The position numbers and the translations under genes are program-made. Shown here piece by piece: positions 40,572 to 48,600 of a DNA stretch of 64,000 nucleotides. A model generated the notes under the pieces. It saw only the letters and a list, made by a program, of their open reading frames with translations. It did not search any database and was not told the origin of the DNA. Numbering within the stretch: the stretch's first letter is position 1; the number at the start of each line of letters is the position of its first letter. This stretch comes from Eubacteriales bacterium (GTDB lineage Bacteria > Bacillota > Clostridia > Oscillospirales > JAAYXM01): positions 10,679 through 74,678 of the forward strand of contig JAZTYJ010000025.1 in the NCBI GenBank assembly GCA_045636865.1, given 5' to 3'.

Positions 40572-43352
40572 TTATTTTATATTGATTTCCAGATCAAGAT
40601 TCTCAAATCTTGGCAGGATGAACTCAAGGTCATCCTTTGTCGCCTGCGCGAGAAGAATACCGAGTTTCCCTTCTTCGATTTCACCCAAGATATCGTTTGC
40701 TCGGATTTTACCCGATAGCATTTTGTCAACCTCTGCGTATGAATGCCCCTTTACGCCAATCTCCATAAACTCATAGGCAAAAACTTTTCTTTCTGCCATA
40801 TCCTTGAAGTTTAAGTAAACCTTGTCAAACTCTTCTCTGTGCAGAATGTGTGTTCCCTGCATATACTGGTTTTCGTATAAATGCTGATTGTAGTCATACG
40901 CGCGAAGAAGCGAAATTTCAACAAGATCGCGCAAAATCTTGAACAGGTTCACATAGTAAAGCGAGTTCTGCTCGGGCTTCACATGCCAGATGAAAATCAA
41001 GAGCTCAAGCTTGTCACGTCTCCAGACTCCTGCTGCATACATCGGCAGATTCGGCAGAAATTCCGTATTTCTCCAAATCTCATCATTTTTTATCTCATCG
41101 AGAATCGGCTTATATGTGTCAAGCGATATCGACCTTGAAACCGCGCTCAATATATCTCTCGACGACACTTCAAGTCGACCGAATGCACTCTTGTCGTTTA
41201 TTGAATATACGCTGAGGCTCTTGTTCTCAAGCGTATCCTCAAAGGTATCCATAATCTTGAGATAAAGCTTGTGCGGCTCAACGGTATCGAGCTTTCTCGT
41301 AACATCGAAGATTTTTCCGAAGCTGTCCTTTGAACCTATAATCTGCTTTTTGAGGTCACGCTTTTCGTCAAATGTATCCTGATAAAGCTCACGTGTAAAC
41401 TCAAGCTTTTCTTCAAGGAGACCTATCTGTTCATTGGCGAATCTTATTTTATCGTCCTTAGTAAGGCGAACATACCCTGAAACTGCTCCGACCAGGAAAA
41501 AGTAAACAAACGCAAACCAGTTCGAGGGTTCATAGAATATTGTAAGCCAGCTCGTTCCTGAAACAATCTTCGCAATAAACCACGCAACCGACGAAAGCCC
41601 CGCTGCAAAAAGTCCGGAGTAAAGACCATGAACGGTTGCAACTATAACGATAAACGCCATTCTGAAATCGACTATCGAGAACATTACCGATGAGCCCGTT
41701 GCGAGATTTAAAAGCTCCGTGATAATGAACATAAGCGCAATTTCCACAGCCTTTATTATGGGACTATGCTCCCCCAACCACTTTCTGACCCTACTCCAGA
41801 AATCCGTTACCTTGAGATTTTTTTCGACAAGGAATTTTTCATATTCTTCTTCGATGTCGTCTATAATAGATATTCTCGAAAACCAACCGTATTCATTTCG
41901 AAGTGCTGTGTTCTTTATCTCAAGAAGCGCCCCTTCTTCTTCGCCTGTGTACTTTACACGAAGAGACGGGTTTAATTCCGAAATCTTCCTCATCACATCA
42001 CCAAATGTGATATTGAACTCATCGCTTACATTGAGCGTGCCGATTCCTTCCTGCCAGTTTTCAAGGAAGCGCGCAACAAGAACCGAAACATCGTGCATAG
42101 AGATAAAGAAAGCGCCTGAGCCTTCTGTTTCCTTTAACGTAACAGTTCCTTTTTCCATATCGGCAAAAGCTCTGTTCAGGAAGTCACCCTCAAGCATTCC
42201 GCTGTACAGGTGAGGAATTCTTACAATCTTTATATCAACACCAAAATGCTTTGTATAGAATTCGCAAAGATTCTCCTTTGACAGCGTAATAACGCTTATG
42301 TCCTTTTTATTTGAATATGCACCGTCAAGAGACGAGAAATATATAACCTTTGCATCTTTTTGGTATTTTGCAGTATGTCCCAATATCTCACGCAGTTTTT
42401 CCGTATCAGGAGCTTCTTCCGAACGGTATGTAAGCTCCCTTGCAAAGAATACAACAACGTCAAAATCGTATGTCTCAAATATTCTATCATAAGGAATCTG
42501 CTTTCCGTTATAAACCTTGACTCTTCCCTTTGATTTTAGATGCGTCTCCCCTGCGATGAGTATATTATTATTTTCAAAAGTATCTTCTATGAATTTTTCC
42601 GTGACATAACCTGTATTTCCCACAAGTAAAATTCTTTTTGTTGTAAGAGTATTCGGATCTGTAACGATGCTGTTCTTGCTTGCAAGCTGTTCTCTTATCT
42701 CAAGAAGGTCGTTGTTGTTAACAACGTTGAGAAGACACTCAACCAGAAAATCGTCAAACGCGCCGCTCATGCCGTTTGAAATCATCTCTATCGCAACATC
42801 CTGAGAGAAGGCATCCTTATAGCTTCTTGTGCTCGTGAGCGCATCAAAAGCGTCAGCCATCGCGACAATGCGTGCAGCGATGGGTATCTCTTCTCCTTTC
42901 AAGCCTTCAGGATAACCTGTTCCATCTATTCTCTCGTGATGATATTTTGCAATATCCTTCGCGTGTTTTATGATTTTTTCATCAATGTCCAATGAAATTC
43001 CATCAATCATTTCATTGCCAAAAATCGTATGTTTTTTTACTATATCATATTCTATCGAAGAAAGCTTACCCGGAAAATTGAGGATACTTTCCGGAATTTT
43101 ACTTTTTCCTATATCGTGAAGTGAGGATGCGATTGACATATACCTTATGTCTTCTTCTGACAAAACATATTTATCTGTTACATTATTAAGCTCACGAAGC
43201 ATAAGCTCTGTGAGCATTCTTACATGATAAATATGAAAACCCGTTTCACCATTGAGCATCTCAGGGATGTTGTCGCTTGAAACATCAACAACTTCAAGAT
43301 ATTTTCTCTCGTCTTCATTATTCAGCACAAGAAGAGGGTTTACTGATGCCAT
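40572..43352 (-). CDS. pelD: tripartite fusion: HD-GYP phosphodiesterase domain + SDR/epimerase-like domain + PelD-like module (4 TM, GAF-like, degenerate GGDEF)
   Basis: - HD-GYP: SLHDIGKSKIP...KYHHERIDGTGYPEGL...ADAFDALTSTRSYK.
- Rossmann-type: ILLVGNTGYVTEKF, with LSK in place of the YxxxK tyrosine.
- Hydrophobic block at residues ~540-640.
- C-terminal GAF/GGDEF-like region lacking a GGDEF motif (RANDILGEIEEGKLGILL). Confidence 0.7.
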   Translation of the reverse strand: MASVNPLLVLNNEDERKYLEVVDVSSDNIPEMLNGETGFHIYHVRMLTELMLRELNNVTDKYVLSEEDIRYMSIASSLHDIGKSKIPESILNFPGKLSSIEYDIVKKHTIFGNEMIDGISLDIDEKIIKHAKDIAKYHHERIDGTGYPEGLKGEEIPIAARIVAMADAFDALTSTRSYKDAFSQDVAIEMISNGMSGAFDDFLVECLLNVVNNNDLLEIREQLASKNSIVTDPNTLTTKRILLVGNTGYVTEKFIEDTFENNNILIAGETHLKSKGRVKVYNGKQIPYDRIFETYDFDVVVFFARELTYRSEEAPDTEKLREILGHTAKYQKDAKVIYFSSLDGAYSNKKDISVITLSKENLCEFYTKHFGVDIKIVRIPHLYSGMLEGDFLNRAFADMEKGTVTLKETEGSGAFFISMHDVSVLVARFLENWQEGIGTLNVSDEFNITFGDVMRKISELNPSLRVKYTGEEEGALLEIKNTALRNEYGWFSRISIIDDIEEEYEKFLVEKNLKVTDFWSRVRKWLGEHSPIIKAVEIALMFIITELLNLATGSSVMFSIVDFRMAFIVIVATVHGLYSGLFAAGLSSVAWFIAKIVSGTSWLTIFYEPSNWFAFVYFFLVGAVSGYVRLTKDDKIRFANEQIGLLEEKLEFTRELYQDTFDEKRDLKKQIIGSKDSFGKIFDVTRKLDTVEPHKLYLKIMDTFEDTLENKSLSVYSINDKSAFGRLEVSSRDILSAVSRSISLDTYKPILDEIKNDEIWRNTEFLPNLPMYAAGVWRRDKLELLIFIWHVKPEQNSLYYVNLFKILRDLVEISLLRAYDYNQHLYENQYMQGTHILHREEFDKVYLNFKDMAERKVFAYEFMEIGVKGHSYAEVDKMLSGKIRANDILGEIEEGKLGILLAQATKDDLEFILPRFENLDLEINIK

Positions 43353-43423
43353 AACTTTTCATCCTCCTTTCACAAAATTAAAATAATTATATTTTTGTAT
43401 GCAAACTTTATTCTTGATATATT

Positions 43424-43452
43424 ATTATAAAACATTTTTTGATTTTTTTCAA
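43424..43452 (-). promoter_or_regulatory. promoter of the pel operon
   Basis: Minus strand: TTGAAA, 17 nt, TATAAT, ~70 nt upstream of the pelD-fusion ATG (RBS AAAGGAGGA). Confidence 0.6.
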
Positions 43453-43478
43453 CACCCACCGTTATATTATGACAATAA

Positions 43479-43513
43479 AATCCCTATGATAGAACAAAAC
43501 TATCATAGGGATT
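43479..43513 (-). terminator. terminator after the 60-aa gene
   Basis: AATCCCTATGATAG-n7-CTATCATAGGGATT followed by TTTATT on the minus strand. Confidence 0.7.
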
Positions 43514-43516
43514 CAT

Positions 43517-43699
43517 TTAACGTTTTAACTTTGTTTTACTTTGCCTTTTTCTCATGTTGCACGATTTCCCGTTATCAAAGACACCGATGAAAGTTTTGTC
43601 TGTAATCTTCAACTCATTGGCATGAGTTGCTGTGTGAACTTCGTGGTGAAGTCCAGGGTTTCTCGTCTGATTATTATTTACATAGTAAAGCTGATACAT
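43517..43699 (-). CDS. small conserved-looking hypothetical protein (60 aa)
   Basis: Strong RBS AGGAGGT 8 nt before the ATG, plus its own terminator. The MYQLYYVNNNQT...HHEVH...IGVFDNGKSC pattern recalls a widespread family of small YYVN...HEVH proteins (recollection only). Confidence 0.55.
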   Translation of the reverse strand: MYQLYYVNNNQTRNPGLHHEVHTATHANELKITDKTFIGVFDNGKSCNMRKRQSKTKLKR

Positions 43700-43817
43700 T
43701 GTAATTTACCTCCTGCCACTCAAAAGCAGCTTTATATTTTAGTATCTATGTGAACTAAAACATGAAAAAACTTGCCTATTCAACGACGCTCCTTCCCGGC
43801 AAAATTCCCCGAAGACA

Positions 43818-43932
43818 TTGACAAGCAAGTTCAAATATGATAAAATTACAAAACCTTGGTAATCAATCATTAACTTGGTTGATGCCTTCAAAGCTCCGAC
43901 GATATTGGCGTGTTGTCGGAGTTTTGCTTTTT
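43818..43932 (+). ncRNA. candidate ~80-nt small RNA (promoter to terminator unit)
   Basis: TTGACA (43818-43823), 17 nt, TAAAAT (43841-43846). An internal hairpin ATCAA..TTGAT is followed by terminator CTCCGAC-n14-GTCGGAG-TTTTGCTTTTT (43894-43932). No RBS/ORF lies in between. Confidence 0.4.
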
Positions 43933-44239
43933 CACATTTCAAGCATCCTCACTATACCATAGTTACCAGTTTTTTGTCAAGCGATTTCCACAACATATTA
44001 CATATAATATATATATAGTATACAACATCTTGTGTTTTTTCATTTATTTGTACCATCTTTCAAATTCACAACCTATTTTCCTCTTCTGTGTTGACTGCTC
44101 ACCTCTTGTTCAATTTTTGTTTAACAACGAGATTTTGGCAGATGCAAGATATTCGTTATAATCGTTTTGGTTTTTGTGTGTTTTGGTGATATATCAAGAC
44201 ATTTCACCCGCGAAAAGTTAGTGAATTTTTCGCAGGCCA

Positions 44240-44288
44240 CCTTGGTAAGGATGAGGTCGGCGGTTCAAATCCGCCTAACAGCTCCAAA
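44240..44288 (+). repeat. 49-bp direct repeat, copy 2: orphan 3' half of tRNA-Thr (putative attR)
   Basis: Identical to 19182-19230. The upstream sequence cannot form the acceptor, D or anticodon 5' strands, so this is a fragment and not a tRNA. Confidence 0.9.
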
Positions 44289-44325
44289 AGCCTTGGAAAC
44301 GTAATGTTTCCAAGGCTTTTTGTTT
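44287..44325 (+). terminator. terminator following the tRNA remnant (probably the original tRNA-Thr terminator)
   Basis: AAAAGCCTTGGAAAC-gtaat-GTTTCCAAGGCTTTTTGTTTG. Confidence 0.75.
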
Positions 44326-44332
44326 GTTTTTG

Positions 44333-44392
44333 GAGAAAATTCATGACCTCATCCCTGAATGCGAAATTCAACGAAGGGATAAGGTCATACTT
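44333..44392. repeat. ~60-nt palindromic repeat element, copy A
   Basis: GAGAAAATTCATGACCTCATCCCTGAATGCGAAATTCAACGAAGGGATAAGGTCATACTT. It contains the internal hairpin ATGACCTCATCCCT/AGGGATAAGGTCAT and is near-identical to 48601-48660. Confidence 0.8.
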
Positions 44393-44540
44393 TTTTGTTG
44401 ATTTATGAACAAAAAAGGGATATAACATAATTACCACATAAAACATTGCAAATTTTACTTTAAATGCAGAGAGGTTTCTGTCTCTGCATTTGAAAAGATT
44501 ATATAGAAAAACGGCTGTGACTTTTCACAGCCGTTTTTTA

Positions 44541-45350
44541 TTACTTTCTTGAATCTACAACTTTGCGGATGCTCCAGTCGTTCTCTTCGAGAAGACTCTC
44601 TGCCTCTTCTTCGCTTACACCGAGAATATCAGAAACAATAAAGAGCATTCTTCTTGTAAGCTTTATGTTTGTCGGGCGCAAGTTTATCATGAGATTTTCA
44701 TAAACATAGCCGCACTTTATCATGACACTTGTTGATATCATATTAAGGATAAACTTTTGCGCTGAACCTGCCTTCATTCTGGTAGAACCGGTTATTACCT
44801 CTGCCCCCGTATCCGGAACAATTGAGATATCTGCTACCTGATCCGTGAGCGAACCTTCGTTTGATGTTATGCCGACAGTAAGACAGCCTTTTTCCTTTGC
44901 ATACTTCATCGCATCTACAACATATGCCGCATTTCCTGCAACAGAGATTCCGACTACGGTATCCTTTTCATTGATATTGTACTTTGAGAGATCTGCGATA
45001 CCGTCTGCTCCACTATCCTCGTTTCCTTCACCTGCGATTGCAAGGCACTTTTCTCCACCTGCAATTATTCCGATTACTCTGTCTTTATTGAGGCCGAATG
45101 TCGGAGGGCATTCTGCCGCGTCAATGATTCCGAGTCTTCCTGATGTTCCGGCGCCCATATAGAAGATTCTGCCGCCGTCCTTGAATCTTTCAGATATTGC
45201 ATCAATCGCCTCGGCAACACTTGCAAGAGTTGCATCTACCGCTTTTACGGCATTCATATTCTCTTCGTTGATGAGCTTTACCATCGAAAGGGTGTCCATC
45301 TTGTCAATATTGATACTCTTTGGGTTTCTTGATTCTGTTCTTGATCTCAT
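44541..45350 (-). CDS. murQ: N-acetylmuramic acid 6-phosphate etherase MurQ
   Basis: TESRNPKSINIDKM...GRIFYMGAGTSGRLG (SIS)...GSTRMKAGSAQK. The start may be 45350 or 45368. Confidence 0.85.
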   Translation of the reverse strand: MRSRTESRNPKSINIDKMDTLSMVKLINEENMNAVKAVDATLASVAEAIDAISERFKDGGRIFYMGAGTSGRLGIIDAAECPPTFGLNKDRVIGIIAGGEKCLAIAGEGNEDSGADGIADLSKYNINEKDTVVGISVAGNAAYVVDAMKYAKEKGCLTVGITSNEGSLTDQVADISIVPDTGAEVITGSTRMKAGSAQKFILNMISTSVMIKCGYVYENLMINLRPTNIKLTRRMLFIVSDILGVSEEEAESLLEENDWSIRKVVDSRK

Positions 45351-45354
45351 TTTA

Positions 45355-46515
45355 TCACTCTCCCTCATTCAAAACCTTTTCGTATTCCCATTTGAATTTT
45401 TCTTTAAGTTTATCAGCACTTATGCCCAAAAGCTTACAGCAGAGAACACACGCACCGAGCACCTGCGGATTTTCTGCAATTATACAATTAATCTCAGGGT
45501 GTACCTTCTTCTTTACAGCTTCAGAAAATTTCTTATTTTTATAAAGCGAGCCTGCAAGGATCAGAGTTTTGCACTCTCTGTTTTTTTCATATGCCGTGTT
45601 TATAAGATACGCAATGCGGTCAACATTCTCGCATATTATCCGATCCGCAGCTGCATCGCCATTTTCCCACGCTTTAAAAACAAGCTTAGAAAAAGACGCA
45701 ATATATGACACATCTTTGTTATAAAACTCCGGAAGAATGCTTATCATTTGGTCTGTTCCAAGCCACTCTGTAACAAGCCCGGTTATCATCGATTTTTCTC
45801 CGATACCTTCACTCTCTTCAAGTGCCGTTTTTATGGCTTCTCTGCCGATATCATATCCACTTCCCGCTTTATCAAACAGAACTCCGTATCCGCCGTACTT
45901 TTTAATTTCACCACTCTTATATGCAAACGTGACATTTCCAGTACCGCTTATTGTTCCGAGGCAATTTTCTTCATCCGTTGTACAGGCGATGACATTGAGC
46001 ATATCGCTCGCACACCTTATCTTTATCATCGAAAAAAAGTTTTTAAGCCGATTTTTTATGTACTCTGCATTACCACCTGTCAGGTATCCCGAACCGCCAA
46101 TAAATATGCCTTTTACATTCGGCTTTGTTGCAAGACATGTCTTTATTCCATTTTTAAGCCTTTCACAGACCTCGTCACGTCCGTAAAAATTCGGGTTTGT
46201 CCCGTCTCCTACAAATCTTTTAAAAATCGTCCCGCTCTCACCAAAGAGGATATACTCGGTTTTTGTACCGCCACCATCAATACCTATCATAGCCTTTTCA
46301 CTATCTTCAGAATGCCCGACGAGCACATCAACACTGCATCCGAGAAGTTCTGCAAGCAAGCAAAGCTTGTCTATTTCAGGAACCGCCACGCCTCTCTCCC
46401 ACTTTGAAATCGCCTGATAGCTGACAAACATTTTTTCTGCAAGTTCTTTCTGAGATATACCTTTCATTTCTCTATGTTTTTTGATGTTATATGCAAGAAC
46501 GCTGATATCGAACAC
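45355..46515 (-). CDS. XRE-type HTH fused to a BadF/BadG/BcrA/BcrD-type sugar kinase (MurK/GlcNAc-kinase-like)
   Basis: N-terminus ISQKELAEKMFVSYQAISKWERGVAVPEIDKLCLLAELLG (Cro/C1 HTH). Then GIDGGGTKTEY, TISGTGNV and GGYGVLFDKAGSGYDIGREA (ASKHA phosphate/adenosine motifs). Confidence 0.7.
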   Translation of the reverse strand: MFDISVLAYNIKKHREMKGISQKELAEKMFVSYQAISKWERGVAVPEIDKLCLLAELLGCSVDVLVGHSEDSEKAMIGIDGGGTKTEYILFGESGTIFKRFVGDGTNPNFYGRDEVCERLKNGIKTCLATKPNVKGIFIGGSGYLTGGNAEYIKNRLKNFFSMIKIRCASDMLNVIACTTDEENCLGTISGTGNVTFAYKSGEIKKYGGYGVLFDKAGSGYDIGREAIKTALEESEGIGEKSMITGLVTEWLGTDQMISILPEFYNKDVSYIASFSKLVFKAWENGDAAADRIICENVDRIAYLINTAYEKNRECKTLILAGSLYKNKKFSEAVKKKVHPEINCIIAENPQVLGACVLCCKLLGISADKLKEKFKWEYEKVLNEGE

Positions 46516-46517
46516 AA

Positions 46518-48452
46518 CTACTCCTCCTTCATAAAGAGTTTTGAAGCGTATTCGTCCGCCGGAACAAAGAGTTTTCCTCCAACTGCTTCATACTTTTCTC
46601 CTGTAAAGAGTTCTTCGTAAACTCCGTCTTCGCGCACATTAAGAACCGTATCCACAAATGAATATACGCCTACAAGTCGGTCACTTACATATACAGGATC
46701 CGTATCCGAATAGATATGAACGCCTGCGACGCGACAGATTTCTCTTAAAACCTTTGCATCCAGAAGACCTATTGCGCTGTAAACAGAAATATAGTCTTTG
46801 CACTTTTTATAACCGAGTGCCATCTTTCCGCAGTCATAATCAACAATCGAAACGGCATCTTTATCGTTTATGAAGAAATACGGTGACGGCAGGATTTCTC
46901 CGGTCTTTACCGACGGTCGCTCATTCATAACTTCAATTTCCAAATCGGTGATTTTCTTCATCTTATCAATTCCGCCGTTTAAATAATCAGGCGCATACAT
47001 CCACAAGAGTGTTTTTCCTTCTTTTTTGAGTTTTTCAACTCTCTCAAAATTTTCTGTTTTCAATGCAAACGGAATCAAAAATACAACGAGCTTATACTGT
47101 GAAAAATCGATTTTACTCATGTCTCCCTCTGAGTACAAATCAAACGGCGCACCAAGTCGCATATATCCTTCGCGCTGACTAAAGAGGAGAAGATCGTGGA
47201 TATTGTTGTTTTTATTTGCACCGTACATCGCCTCAGGTGACCCGATGACTGCGACCTCGGCACAGGATTTTCTGGGAAACGCTGAAATTCGGTCTGTTAT
47301 CTTTATCATATCCGAAATCGCGCCCATCATCGCATCACTTCTGTACCATCCCTCAAACATATCAAACCACCAAAGGGCAGAATTGTTTGATGTGCAGAGC
47401 ATAAAATCACGGCGCATAAGGTCAACAGCTTCTCTGTCTGTCTTGCAGTAATATCCTGCCCCCTCAAGAGCAAAGTCCTGAGAGAGGTATGTTCTCTGGT
47501 CATATTCGTAAAAATACAGCTTGTCGTTTGCATCAAGTGATTTGAAAGTGAGCATAAATGCGCTCGTAGAATCCGGCTCACGGAATCCGTAAGACGCAGG
47601 GGACGAAATCATATTTATATCCTTGCTATGGAAAATCTTTTCATATGCAAGGTGTCCCGCATCATTTACGAAATTCTGAAACTCAAAAAGATATCCGAAA
47701 TAAAGACCGAGGAGCTTTTTATGGTTTATTATTGTCTGCACTTCTTTTGCAAAAAGAAGAATTGTATCAGCAATAAGCTCTGCATGCGCGCGCTGATAGA
47801 GCACTACCTCATCGTCATCATAAAAAGACACGTCCGCAGGCAGATTCAATCTCTCCTTTGACGGAATCTGCGCATCGGGATTTCCAGTATATTCTTTAAA
47901 ATACTTTTCCTTTATCGGATGTGAAGCCTGAAAGTCCTGATAACAGAACCATTCCGTACCTTTACCGCAGAGCATAAAATAGCCGTAAATACACTCGCCA
48001 TACTGCTCCTCAATATGCCTTACTACAGCTTTAAGGTAGTCGATAGTTGCCGCTCTCCACTCAGGATCTGCAATCGCCTGAGAAAGGTGAGTAAAGCTTC
48101 TTGGAAAATTTTCGTGAGTTTCATGCCACCAGTCCCTTGTATCCAGGTGTATCATCACTGCGTAATAACAGCCGGGTGCACTCTTCATAAAAAGCTCTAT
48201 CTGCTCATCAATCGGTGTAAAGTCATACTTTCCCTTTCCAAACCACGTTTCACCGTATATTGAATACGGCACCTCATAATGGCATTTAAGGCCGCTGACA
48301 AGAAGTGTAAAAAGCTTTACACCTGCTTCTGCAAATTCCGATATGTTTCTCTCTGTTGGTCTGAAGCTTTTAAACGAAAGCGGTTCATATAACTTTCCGT
48401 CAATATCAACTTTCAGAACTCCGTTTTCGCGTCGTAAGGATGCAACCATCAC
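46518..48452 (-). CDS. hypothetical glycoside-hydrolase-like protein (644 aa)
   Basis: Long clean ORF in the sugar cluster. TIM-barrel-like N-terminal half (FKSFRPTERNISEFAEAGVKLFT...). Family not recognised with confidence. Confidence 0.3.
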   Translation of the reverse strand: MMVASLRRENGVLKVDIDGKLYEPLSFKSFRPTERNISEFAEAGVKLFTLLVSGLKCHYEVPYSIYGETWFGKGKYDFTPIDEQIELFMKSAPGCYYAVMIHLDTRDWWHETHENFPRSFTHLSQAIADPEWRAATIDYLKAVVRHIEEQYGECIYGYFMLCGKGTEWFCYQDFQASHPIKEKYFKEYTGNPDAQIPSKERLNLPADVSFYDDDEVVLYQRAHAELIADTILLFAKEVQTIINHKKLLGLYFGYLFEFQNFVNDAGHLAYEKIFHSKDINMISSPASYGFREPDSTSAFMLTFKSLDANDKLYFYEYDQRTYLSQDFALEGAGYYCKTDREAVDLMRRDFMLCTSNNSALWWFDMFEGWYRSDAMMGAISDMIKITDRISAFPRKSCAEVAVIGSPEAMYGANKNNNIHDLLLFSQREGYMRLGAPFDLYSEGDMSKIDFSQYKLVVFLIPFALKTENFERVEKLKKEGKTLLWMYAPDYLNGGIDKMKKITDLEIEVMNERPSVKTGEILPSPYFFINDKDAVSIVDYDCGKMALGYKKCKDYISVYSAIGLLDAKVLREICRVAGVHIYSDTDPVYVSDRLVGVYSFVDTVLNVREDGVYEELFTGEKYEAVGGKLFVPADEYASKLFMKEE

Positions 48453-48600
48453 GATTCCTCCCAGGTATTTTTATACCTTTATATTAACACAGTGACTCAA
48501 GTCAGACAATAATCTCAAAAGTTTAATTGTCTTTTCTAATTCTACCACAGGTTGATTTATTTTTCAACTTCACAAAAATTCACTCAACAGTTGTTTTTGC

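Larger units (their letters stand above)
19231..44288. mobile_element. putative ~25-kb tRNA-Thr-integrated genomic island with no recognisable integrase
   Basis: Bounded by the perfect 49-bp tRNA-Thr 3'-half direct repeat. The interior looks more AT-rich by eye and holds accessory functions (WYL module, c-di-GMP/Pel cluster). No tyrosine or serine recombinase ORF is seen inside. Confidence 0.55.

Noticed and set aside
43739-44161. Small ORFs (63-83 aa) in the AT-rich gap between the pel promoter and attR, considered as possible toxin/antitoxin or integrase remnants.
   Set aside because: They have no RBS and their composition is driven by AT-rich sequence. They overlap the promoter/terminator unit called as an sRNA candidate. 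No recombinase motifs appear in any frame that I could read.
19231-44239. Search for an integrase, excisionase or transposase inside the repeat-bounded island.
   Set aside because: No ORF shows R..HxxR..Y tyrosine-recombinase, serine-recombinase or DDE motifs. The ORFs adjacent to both ends (307-aa protein; small ORFs at 43.4-44.2 kb) do not resemble recombinases. I therefore report the absence and do not call any gene an integrase.
44204-44446. 80-aa minus-strand track ORF covering the tRNA-Thr remnant and its terminator.
   Set aside because: It runs antisense through a tRNA fragment and a hairpin, has no RBS and has implausible composition. It is a spurious ORF.
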